64,000 nucleotides of DNA from Thalia democratica (taxonomy: Eukaryota). Positions within the stretch are counted from its first letter, which is position 1. Each line of letters begins with the position of its first letter. Location: contig OZ241831.1 in NCBI GenBank assembly GCA_965202585.1, positions 37,386,001 through 37,450,000 of the forward strand. The letters are read 5' to 3'. This document shows positions 50,001 to 61,548 of the stretch, one piece after another. A model generated the notes under the pieces. The model searched no databases. It saw only the letters and a list, made by a program, of their open reading frames with translations, and had not been told where the DNA came from. A program made the position numbers and the translations under genes.

Positions 50001-53000
50001 ATAAGTGAACATATGTTTTTAAATAAATACAGGCAGTAAAAAAAAGTTTTCTAATATTTTATTAACTAACCAAAGTTAATCAATTGTCTAAAAGCTTATT
50101 GAAAAATAGGGAATACTTGTGATATTTGACAACTTAAAACTTTGTATCTTAATTCTCATAAAAAAAGACTATTTCATGACATATGTTTCTCACAGCTACT
50201 AAATAAACATTACAATAAGACGTTATTTCTTCTTGTTTGTTATTTTTAGTCGTCAAAAGTGCCATATGTATTTTTCATAAAGAAATTCATTTTGTCAATG
50301 AAAAATCAATCCTCACTAGATTATACCACACACACTATATTATTATATATTCATAAATTATCACACTAAATAAATAATCTATCTTATGTTGTTTGTCTGT
50401 GTGTGTTTTTTTTTTCGAAATCTGATATAATTAGGATGTTAAATTAGAAAAAAAATTGTTTAGAATCGTTTAATTTTCATTTATTAATACTAAACCTAGT
50501 AAGACTCAACGTAACACTCTTGTTTTGATAGTTTTGTTTTATCATTTTTAATTTAAAAAAAACTTCATTTAAGAATGTTTTGCGAACCATTTAGTGTTAA
50601 CTTAGGTTAGTGTTTCCTTTTGTACATTATTTGACAGTCCTTTTAAGTTTAACTAATTTACCTGTTATAATTCTAATATGTTATTAAAACAAAAATATGT
50701 TATTAAAGAGCTATTAGTTAAAACTAAGAGGACTGTAAAATAACTCTTTGAAATAGTGTAATACACATAAATTTTGTACCGTCGAGAATTTTATAATACT
50801 TAAGTTAGAAAAAAGGTATGTGCATAAATACCTTGAAAAATGCTTACTTATCTGTCAACACTGAAGAAAAAATGTTTATTTATCTTTTATAATATTAGCA
50901 TTTTAACAAGTGTACTAAAATTTAAAATAAAAGTATATTTTGGTTTTACCAACTTAATTTTCAAGTTTTCTAATTTTTTGTTCATATTTATGACGTAGTA
51001 ACTAACAATCTATTGTGATAACAGACTGGTTTAAATTAGATCCTATTTTCCATCAGTATATTTAAAAAATTCACTAGTATGCAAAACTGTTTTTTATTTT
51101 TAAAAACTTTAATAGATCGATTTACTAAACATTACCATAATTTTCTATTTTAACATACTTTAGTGAATATTTTATGAAAGTTTAACAAACTTTAAAGTTG
51201 TGTTTTCACTAAACTTCTATAATGATTTTAGAACTTTAAATAAAAAGATTATTTTTTAAATTTAGTTAATATTTCAACAGTTTACAAAATAAAGTCAAGA
51301 CAGATATAAACAAAACTAAATATACTTACTAAAAAAGTTATAGCAATTCTATTTTTCAATAGTTGTTTTCAAAATGTGTACCTAAAAGCTGTCATCATAC
51401 AATAATACATAAACACATATTAAATCGTTTTAACTATTAATAAACTAAAACTTTAAACTTAAAATCTAAAAGATATTTTTATAAATAGTAGTTTTTATTT
51501 TTGCTTTTAAACAAAATCAGTTTATTAATTTTTGATTATCAAATCATTTAATTAAGTAAAAGCCACAAAAAAGTTTGTTTTTAATTTTAATAAATTAGTT
51601 ATTAGTAGTTAAGTTTTAAATAGTTTTTTTTTAAGATAGACGGCTTACAATAAAAATGAAATAAAACCTATATAACATAAAACTTTATCATATGTCTTTT
51701 TATAATTATATTTTTTTACATTTAGCTTATCAGTTAATGTTATTTATCTTTAGGTGTATTTCAAGACCATTGCTTAAAGACAATGAATAAATAAGTTTAT
51801 TTTTCAATAGAAACTGCATATATCAATCATATTTACTCAAGATTGGCGCCGTAAATATCTGCATAAGAAAAGACGCTGTAAATAACCTGCTTAATTATTT
51901 TAAAAATCTATATATAACCTTTTAAGTAAAATAACTAAGCACTATGTGACATTGAATTTTTATAAATCGATTAAAAAGACAACTTTTTATATTGTAGTGT
52001 TTAAACTACGAGTAAAAACTTATTACAGTATAAAAAATATGAACTAAATTAGTATTGAACAAATCAAATTAAGAAAGTGTTCAGAAATTTTAATTTTTTA
52101 CAATTTTATAACTAATAAATTTTATTTTAAAACTTTTATTAACTGGTTTTTTTATATTTCAAACAAATAAAACTTTTTTTATAGAACATTTGTCATATTT
52201 AGGTTTGAAAAATATTCATTTTATTATTTACTTATTTAACCACTACTACTTATTTAGTGTAAAGCAAAATTTAATAAGCCGGTATGTAAAAAAACTCTAA
52301 AGGAAGAAACGTGCTTTATTTTTAAATGAAAAAGTAAACAAAAATAATTTTAATTTAAAGCTTTATAAAGTGTTGTTATAATTTACTTAACAAACGAAAA
52401 ACCTTTACAATTTTGACATACCTTATCCTAAATGTTTATTTAAGTTTAGGAAAGTTTTGTTGGTGTAAATAATGTAAATTAAATTAAGACTTTAATTAAA
52501 TTGTCTAGCTTGTACTACGAATTTAACTTTGTACAATGTATGTATTATATTTGTACATAGTGATTCAAATTTCTATGTACATTGAATTGCAACAACTTTT
52601 ATGTAAATTAAAATAAATGCTTTAGAAATAGGTTTTACAAGGTTATCAAGCTTTACTAAACTAAACTTCTAAAGAAAATAAAATTGGCTAGGTTTTATGA
52701 AAAAAGTATTAAAAATAGTTTTAAATAACATAAATTGTGTATCTTATATGTTTTGATTTTACAAAACAAATAAAGATATCTTAATTACTAAAAGAAAAAA
52801 AATATATTTATTTTATTAAGCGTTCATTATGTAAACTAAGTTTGCACGATAAACTCTTTAGAAAATAAATATAAGTTATTTATAGGATAAATGTAGTAAA
52901 TGATAATTTACTTTATAAGCTGTTATTTTTAAAAGGTATTTAATAGAATTAAAGAAAAGCGAAAACTAAGATTTGTTTTATTCAATTACTAGTTTTGTAA

Positions 53001-53986
53001 GATTTTAAAACTGATACTTTTTATTTTGATGCAAACAACTAAACTTTATGATTATATTTATTATCATTTTAGTTTGGTTAAAATAGATTAGAGTTTAAGA
53101 TAGTCTATAAAAGGCCATCAGTATTTGTTATTTTAAATAAACACAAAATCTTTTGATAATTGCATGCTTCTTGCAAACGTTTAAATATAAGAGTCAAGGT
53201 CCATTTGATATACTTTTAAGTATTTTATGCAAATGAATATGAATTAATTCAAGTTCAAACAAAATGTATAAATTTATACCTATACAAAAAAAATTTCTAA
53301 CGCAGAAATAGTCATTTAGTATATAATCAGTGAAACTTTTATTTTGACTGCAAAAAATTATAATATACTGTTTATCAAAGTGTAAATGGTTAGTATTGCT
53401 TTTTATCTAAAGATAAAAAAAGTTTACTACTACTTTGATGTTGCTTAATTTAAAGTTAAAATATTGTTTACTCTTCTTTTAAAACTAAAAAGATTTAAGA
53501 AATTAACTGTAGTAGAAGTATATTTATACAAAAAAATACAAACTAAATTCTTATTTTTTAATTTGCCTGAGTAGCTTTCAACTTATAAATTTACCTTCGA
53601 CGTCATAAAATAATGAAATCATCTGCAGTAAATTTATTTTAATTAAATATTTATTTTTTAGGAGTTTTTATCTTTTATTTTCAAATAAAAGTTTTTCTTA
53701 ATCGTCTTAAAAGCAGATTATACAAATCATTACAATAAATTTCTATAAAATTTTTAATTGTAATAAAGCATTACAAAGTAAAACGGAAAAGTTTTAAGTT
53801 ATTTTGAAGCAGAACAGATAGTAATACTCATAAAGGTTACTGTTTTATATAAATTTTCTGTACATTATGTTATGTATTTTTTGTGTTTTCTAACTTAGTT
53901 TTCTTTTATCCTTCAACAAATAATTTATGTCTTCAAAATTAAATTGAACTTAGTATATTATTTTACAGCCAAGGCTAACCAATGTA

Positions 53987-54817
53987 CAGTAGAATACCGC
54001 TTAGGTACGCAAATTGAACCCGAACAAAAAGTGCGTACTTAGCACGGGTAGTGCGTACTTTTTGACGACATAGTATAATTTGAAATTTAGTTGTTTTTTT
54101 TTTCTTTCTTACAACTAGTCACTAAATAATTAAACCAAATAAACAAGTCTTTTTATTTTAAATAATATTTAAAACATAATTCTAATCTGCAAAATTTTTT
54201 AATAGATTTTAAAATAATTTTTTTTTTTTATAAAAAGTTTCTACATAACAAATACATACATTTAATATAGAAAGACAATGTCAGTCAATGATATAAAAAA
54301 GAACATTAAGCCATATTTTCCATATTTTGTTTTAATAGAGGGAAAGTACCAAACTACATTGTATTTAACAAAATTTTCAAAACATAAATGTGTGTACATT
54401 TAAATTAAATTATGATTTAACTACATATGTTGTACATATTTGTAGGTTTTTTAACTTTGTCATCTAGATTTATTTAATAGCATTAAAGCTAAAATATCAT
54501 TATTCTTTTCACTTTTCTGTAACCACTACATAAGTATTTAGTTTGTTAACACTTAATAACAGGATTGTCACTATCACAGGCCACTTAGACTACTCAGGAT
54601 TACTCACCCTATTTTAAAAGTTGTGAAAGTCTCAGGCTAACTCAGCAGGTTGGCCATTCTACCTGGAAACATAAAATAGTCTGGAAAAACTTGATGATTG
54701 AAAACTTAAGCAAAAAAATCATAAAAAATTTAGAATTTTTTTTTGTCTTTCTGGATAAGTGCGTACTTAAAGTGGGGTGCGTATCAAAAAAGTGCGTACT
54801 TAAGCGGTAGTCTACTG
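53987..54817. mobile_element. Tc1/mariner-type non-autonomous element (831 bp)
   Basis: TIRs cagtagaataccgcttaggtacgca / tgcgtacttaagcggtagtctactg (2 mismatches), TA TSD, subterminal GTGCGTACTT repeats. The empty site aatgTActaag is present in unit A at ~32631. Confidence 0.92.
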
Positions 54818-55737
54818 TACTAAGAATTTACCTGAAACTAGTAAGAGAAGTATAAAACAAAGTTAGTCTAATATTTTACTTACTATACATTTGCTACAAC
54901 TTTTTAAAACTGTAAATGTTATAGGTTGTAAGATTTAATTAGAATTCACTACAGGCTAAATAAATATTATGGTATACAATATGCGAAGGTAACAACAAAA
55001 AACATGTTTATTAAAACTGTATACAATAGCGACAAAAAACAATTATCAATAAAAGTGCAATAGAAACTTAAACCGATCATTAAACAGCAGTTTACAAAAT
55101 ATTTAAATCTTTAACAAATAACTAAAACAAGAGTATATTTTTGTTAATGCAGCTAAATATCAAAATCAAGCAAGTTTTTTTGGACTAAACTAGTAACTAC
55201 ACATTTACCAAAAATAATTAACTTGCAGCATCAATGATAAAAAATGTAGTAAAAAAATGCAGCAGATAACTCATTGCTTATTTTTCAAACTAAAGATGCA
55301 GCTTTTTATCAAAAAATTTAAAAGTCTTTAAATGCTTAACTACAACATCTTTAAAATATACAATGGCGACAAAGGAAGAAAAAAGATATTTAGAATGTAG
55401 TATAAATTCTTGCTACCAACATAACAAAATAAAATGTGAACATAATTACAACAAGCTTAAAAAACTTACTTTTTATAGTTTGCATAGATACATACATACA
55501 TAAAGTTTTATTATCTTAAGTGTTAATATTTTTTAAGCTTAAGAATAAAAACACTTCAAGGTTTCTTGGTAAAAAATTGAACATTTTATACTTTGACCGT
55601 CTAAGTAAGATGTTATGTCATAAAAAATAATTAAAGTAAAACTTTTTTAGTATTTATTAATCATTATCTTTTAAGCTTTTAGTTTGATACTTTTGCTTTA
55701 CCCTATCTCGCCTTGTTTACTTTTGTCTCAATGTGTT

Positions 55738-55826
55738 TTATGATTGCTGCTCAACTAGATTTTGTTGAACTAAAATCTGTGATGGACTCTTTCCATTGTT
55801 GCTGTTAGATTCCAAAACAGTCAATC
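55738..55826 (-). CDS. Pax1/9: Pax1/9 copy B terminal exon
   Basis: tattAG acceptor, phase 1, LTVLESNSNNGKSPSQILVQQNLVEQQS*. Confidence 0.8.
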
Positions 55827-56012
55827 CTAATAGTAAATACATAAAAAACTTTTTGTAACTTTCTAAGATTTTAAACATACTTTGTTCATTAATGAATTAA
55901 AACCAAATTTTATAAAATCCAACTTTTTTGTATAAAACTGACTTAATGTTGTAGTAACAAAAACTTTCTATTTCTAATGTCAAGATACATTAAACAACTT
56001 TTTCAAACTAAC

Positions 56013-56316
56013 TCTGTTGGCTGTTCTGACTTTCAGAAAAGTCGTAAGCAGACTCAATCGAATTGAACGATTGTACGGATGAGTGGGGACTCCTAGTGGC
56101 AGAAGCTTCTGGCAATCCCGGTTGAATTACGGGATACATATCAGTACTGTAATAAGCAGAACCGTACTGCTGCATCTGTGGGTGCTGGATGTAGCTGCTA
56201 GGTGGCGCAAGGGGTGGTTGGTGGTGAAAATTGTGAGCATCGTAAACTGATTGGTTGTAGCAGGAATTTGATGGCTGCACTGAAGTAAAAGCTGATGATG
56301 CTTGAGTTGGCGACCC
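56013..56316 (-). CDS. Pax1/9: Pax1/9 copy B penultimate exon
   Basis: 304 nt, phase 0-1, GSPTQASSAF...ESQNSQQ, AG and GTTAGT sites. Part of ORF 56008-56370. Confidence 0.85.
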
Positions 56317-56477
56317 CTGTAAAAATAAATTAAGTTGTCTTAAAAATTTTGCTTTGAGTATAAAACACACTGTTAAGAGAAAAAGAACTTTAATTGCTAT
56401 AAGTAATTACATTTGCTGTCTTCCATAAATATTGAATTGACAAGAAAAGTATCTTTTAGTTAAGTAAATTTACACAC

Positions 56478-56662
56478 TTTTTCGCTCGATGATTTTATAG
56501 CTGTCAACTGTTTGTTCACTGAAGATTTCGCGTTAGAATTACAAGATGTAAGATCTGGTGCAAGTCCGTAATAAGCTGTTTTCCATTCTTCCTCGATTTT
56601 CGGAGCAAAATATAACGCGTTGTTCGGCTGGTGATTGTACCCGTTAAATGGTGTTGTGTATC
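56478..56662 (-). CDS. Pax1/9: Pax1/9 copy B internal exon (open)
   Basis: 185 nt, phase 1-0, ends ...KSSSEK|GTGTGT and joins the next exon in frame. Confidence 0.85.
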
Positions 56663-57007
56663 CTTAAAAACAGTTACAATTATTTTTATACAGCTAATTT
56701 TTAAATTTGTACTGATTATCGTAATTTAATTTTTCACGAAAATCAGAAGTTAGTAAACAAGAACAAGACTAAACTTAAGTTGTAAAAGTATTTCTGTACA
56801 AACTGCAGTTACGCTTAATGTTGAATTTTCAAACTAGTTTTAAAGTATTAGTTTCTTACAATTTTTAAGCACAGATATATTTTTACTTTTTCTTAACTTG
56901 CTTGTGCAAAATAAAAATTAGAAGGTGTAGTATATTTCAATTTTCAACCTCATATTCTGTAAGAACTTACTAATTGAGGTTATATTTCATTATAAATTGG
57001 AACTAAC

Positions 57008-57685
57008 TAATTTGCGAGTTGAGTATTTCGGGTATCGAGTGAGTGTAGAACTGAGACTGACTCGAACTTTTCATCGTGGAAGAATGTGAAACGTTTTCGA
57101 ATTTCTGCACAGAACTCTTCATCGACACCTGAGGAAAAATAAATCCTGAAGTGTCGTTTGCGCTGTACATCGAACTCGAGCTTTGATTGGTTGATGGCTT
57201 AACATCAGTCTGATCGCATTTCTTCACTGCTTGCGGCGGGCTCTTTTTTGCTTTGTAATTAGGGTTGAGGGGGTTTTCGGGATGCAGCACATTGCCCACT
57301 TTGTTCCTCAAAATCCTGCTTATGGAGGAGACGGAGGGAACATTGAACTTGTCGCAAACCGTGTCGCTGAGCAACCGGTCCCTGATCTCCCACGCGAATA
57401 TGCCCGGGTCGCCCACCTTGTACTCTTTTATCTTTTCCACCACTTTCGGCGTGGTCACCCTCGGCTTGCTGCCCCCTATGGCGCCCGGCGCGATGCTTCC
57501 GGTCTCGTTGAATCTGGCCAGGATCTTGCTGACGCAACCATGCGACACCCTCAGGTTTCGGCTGATGTCGCACGGCCGCACCCCCGTCTTGTGTAGCTCG
57601 ATTATTTTCACTCGCATCTGGGTTGGCAGGGGTCGGCCGTTGACGAAAACTCCCCCCAATTGATTCACTTCTCCGTAGGAGCTAC
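57008..57685 (-). CDS. Pax1/9: Pax1/9 (Pox-meso class) copy B: paired-domain and octapeptide exon
   Basis: Protein identical to the copy A exon (7 nucleotide differences, all synonymous). ttttctAG acceptor, GTTAGT donor. Confidence 0.95.
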
Positions 57686-60061
57686 CTAGAAAATTAATAA
57701 TAAACTATGTGTTGAAGTTATAAAGAAAAATTAAAAAGCAGGTTATTGATATGACATAAGTTCACATTTGATAGGACTTTAGCTTTAAACTTCTTTTGTA
57801 TTGTATAAACTTGTATTATTTTATATATTTATATACTTAAAATAGAAATAATTTTACTGAGTCGATTGCCAAAAGTCCCATTAAAAGTTTTAATGATCTT
57901 TCGCAAATGTAAAGTTCAAAAATAAAAGTACATATGCTTTATACAAATTTAACCTATAACTTTCAATTGTTTAGATTTTTAATTGATTAACATTTGTACA
58001 CAATTACACTAAAAAAACATTATGAGCTAATCATGATTTTTTTTTGTCCAGAACGCTGTTAGTGCAAAAAAATTGTTTAATCGACAGTGAGGATTTTAAT
58101 TATAGTCGCCACCACACGCAACAAGCACTTGTGTTGAAATTTTAATCCAATCAAATATTTGAGGGAAGATTTTCGTCTACACACAGGTAAGTAGTTTGTC
58201 GAGTGATTTATAAGTATGACGTATAACTGATGAAAATTTTACACGCTAAACAAACACTCGTGCTAGCAAGGGTCGTAAGTTGATAGCTTTTTTGTGTTTT
58301 TACCGATGCCTTTTAATTTATGATGTAAACAAAGCTACTTGTTTTTAATGGAAAATTTTTACCGAAGTTGGCAGATAGCCGAAAAGGAAGTTATTTGTTT
58401 TAAACGTTAATAAAGACCACCCTTAACAATGGCAGCGGTAATTAATCCGATTTGTACTTGTTTGCTTTAAGCTTTTGTTTCTTACCTACATTGTTTTCTG
58501 CTTCATTTTTTCTTATACGTTGTTTTTGTAAAGAACTTATATAGTTTGCATATGTTTAAATTTTAACTAAGTTCTTTTATGGTACTGTACACTTAACAAC
58601 TTCTAAAAACTAGAAAAGCTAGCTTGCATGATAAGTGGAAAAGTGTAAATAAATTTATTGATTATACTACAAAATAAGATAAACTAAAGCTCGTGTTATG
58701 AATGTTTGATTTATATTGGCCAAAACAAAAATATGCAGCGTATCGCATTTAATGCAAGATAATTTTTATTTGCAGTCAAAAATGGCGATAACTGCTCACT
58801 TTGCGAGAATTTTTAATTCAAAAGTTTCAATCAAAAACTTCATTTATTACAAACTTCAAATTTTATTTTGCACCTGCAAGTAGCTCAAATTACCAGCAAA
58901 ATTTCTTTTTATTAACTCGACACTTTTCACCTTTCAAAAGTCAGAACTCATTAGTATTGCAAAAGACGGCCATTGTTATGAAATCATCCGAAACGAATTT
59001 TTTCTTACGTCACGAATTCAACCCCCATTGAACGATTTGTCTCCCCATTTTGTGCTTCTCAAATTCGTGCACCCCAGATTGGAAATAATAGAAAACCTTT
59101 CAACACGTGAGTGTGAATAGAATTACCGAAACGACAAATAAAACAGATAAACTTTTATACAACGCAAGGTAATGTTTCTAAATAAACATTTTAAAAGACT
59201 TTGTTGAACTTCAGTTAAAAAAAAAATTATGCTTTTTACCCAAAATAAATCTTCTTTATATTACATTTTCTCAACGAGTGTTTTAATTATCAAATTAAAA
59301 CTATTTCTGCAACTCGAAACTTTAAAAAGCCTAGCTTTCAGGTTTAGAGTGTTCGTTTCTTAAACGATTTTATATTTATAAGTATTATAAAAATGGTTTA
59401 ACAAAAGTTCAATTATATATTTTAGTGAATAGAGACCAAAGTAAAAATATTTCTTAACTTAGATATAAACTTATTGAATATTTTATTTTCTCTCAGTATT
59501 TTAAGTAATTTCTTAAGTTAAAATTTAATTTGTTTGACTATTAGTTATCATTTTTCAACATTTTTAGTTTATTTGAGCACTGATCAGCTTATTAAGCGAA
59601 ACATTTTTCGTAGAATAAACTTTTAAGTCATTGTAATTTTTTTCTCTTTTTATAAAACACAAATCTCTAACGTTTTTTAACCACAAAACGTAAAATAATT
59701 AAAAAATGTGTGGTAACTACTTTGGTCATTAAAAAAAAGTATTATCATTTTAAAACCTGGATATGACATTAAACTGTATCCTGGTGTACACTCGATAACC
59801 GAAAAGTTTTTCATAGACCAGATCTTTGGACAAAATTTTTAGGGTTTTTCTTTCGTTCAAAAAACAATTAACCGAACAAAACTCTATTATATACAATGAC
59901 TATAAACAACCATACTGTTATTAATGACTGTACACTTTTGTTTTTTTTTATTTAAGACAAATCTAACAACCAGTAAGAATTTGAAGTAATTTGAAGTAAT
60001 TTGAAAATTTTGGTACCAGCTTTCAAATAGTTGTTATAAAGTATTTTACATAATTACTAAC

Positions 60062-60163
60062 TATAGTAGAACCTAAACAATTAGGCATGAGAGACATCAT
60101 GTTTTGATTAGCTATGAGAGAAGAGAATTCAATATGTTGCGGTTGTGTTGGGGAATGCAGCAT
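60062..60163 (-). CDS. Pax1/9: Candidate first coding exon of Pax1/9 copy B
   Basis: MLHSPTQPQHIEFSSLIANQNMMSLMPNCLGSTI|GTTAGT, with an extra in-frame ATG at 60169. Same phase problem as in copy A. Confidence 0.4.
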
Positions 60164-61166
60164 TTTCATACTTTTTTCTCCTGATAAATTTAGTCATTAG
60201 GTTCAGAAATTCGACTGAAGAATTTTCTATAGACAAAATAAATATCATACATTTTTGTTTATATGTTAGATTTTTAAAATGAGCTTTTAAAAATTTAGTA
60301 TAATTGAAAAGATTTCCTTTTAAAAACATTTTAAAGTATGCATTAAAATTAGGTTTTTGCAAAGATATGAGAAAACAAAACTATACTATTAAAAAAAAAG
60401 TTTTAAACATTAAAGTTTCTTAGTTAAATATAACAAATTAAATTAAAATATATAGAATAAACATTTAATATTAATTAAAGTCACAAGTCTAATCTTTTTT
60501 TTTTTTTGATGACTTACTTTATAAAGATTTTCGAAGACCCTTTAAGTTCTTGGCTGCTAAAGTTATAGTATTAATGAATTTCTTATTTTGGAATGTGTGA
60601 AATTGCCTTTTTTTACTTTGTTATGTCTCTCAATTCCTTTTTTTCATGTTCGCTCAATTAGTAAAAAATAAATAAAAAGATTCGTAAAGCTTTAAACAAA
60701 TTTAACTTAACAAAAATTTCAAATAAATCTATAAAGTTTTAATGCAACCGTAAAACACAAAATAAACAGCACATTAGGCAAGGTAAAGAGTTATATTAAG
60801 TGTTATGAAGTTTTTTGCCAGTGAATACAAAAACTATTCTAAACTACTTTTAATTAAACCCGGATAAATACAAAGCTAGGTGTTACTAAAAAATTTTAAA
60901 AAGTTAAAAGACATTTATATTAAGTAACTTTGTTATCGTTTATTAAATATGTTGCTCAAGGTACTAAAAAAAACTACTAACAAACACTACAGTGTTTAAC
61001 AAATCAAAACAAAGTTTTAATCTAATCAAAAACTAGTTAATTATGAAAAAACATAATAATATTAAAACTAGTTTGTAACTGTTTTATTCTTTTTAAACAC
61101 TTTTTAAATACATTTAACTGTTATTCTCAACTTTCTTATTTAGTCTGATTTTTGTTTTATTTTAAC

Positions 61167-61548
61167 TAGTGATGTACCGGACCCACAATTTTGGAACCCG
61201 GATCTGGACTTTTTTTTTCAAATTATAATCCTGCCGGAACCGGATCCGGACTTTTTTTTTTAATTAGAATCCGACCGGAACCGGATCCGGACTTTTTTTC
61301 AAATTAGAATCCGGCCGGAACCGGACCCGGACTTTTTTTTCAAATTAGAGTCCGGCCGGAACCGGATCCGGACTTTTTTTTCAAATTAGAATCCGGCCAG
61401 AACCGGACCCGAACTTTTTTTTCAAATTAGAGTCCTTCCGGAACCGGATTCGGACTTTTTTTTCAAATTAGAATCCGGCCGGATCCGGATATCAGACAAA
61501 AATGGCAATATCCGGCCGGACCCGGATAGTGAGTCCGGTACATCACTA
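61167..61548. mobile_element. hAT-superfamily MITE (382 bp) with an internal ~40-bp tandem array
   Basis: 20-bp TIRs tagtgatgtaccggacccac / gtgagtccggtacatcacta (1 mismatch), perfect 8-bp TSD attttaac, seven ccggatccggac(t)n-caaattagaatccggccggaa units. The empty site is in unit A at ~39030. Confidence 0.92.

Noticed and set aside
61198-61490. CRISPR-like appearance of the palindromic ~40-bp repeats, and ORF 61422-61673
   Set aside because: There are no unique spacers or cas genes. The units are contiguous and enclosed by TIRs and an 8-bp TSD, so this is a MITE-internal minisatellite.
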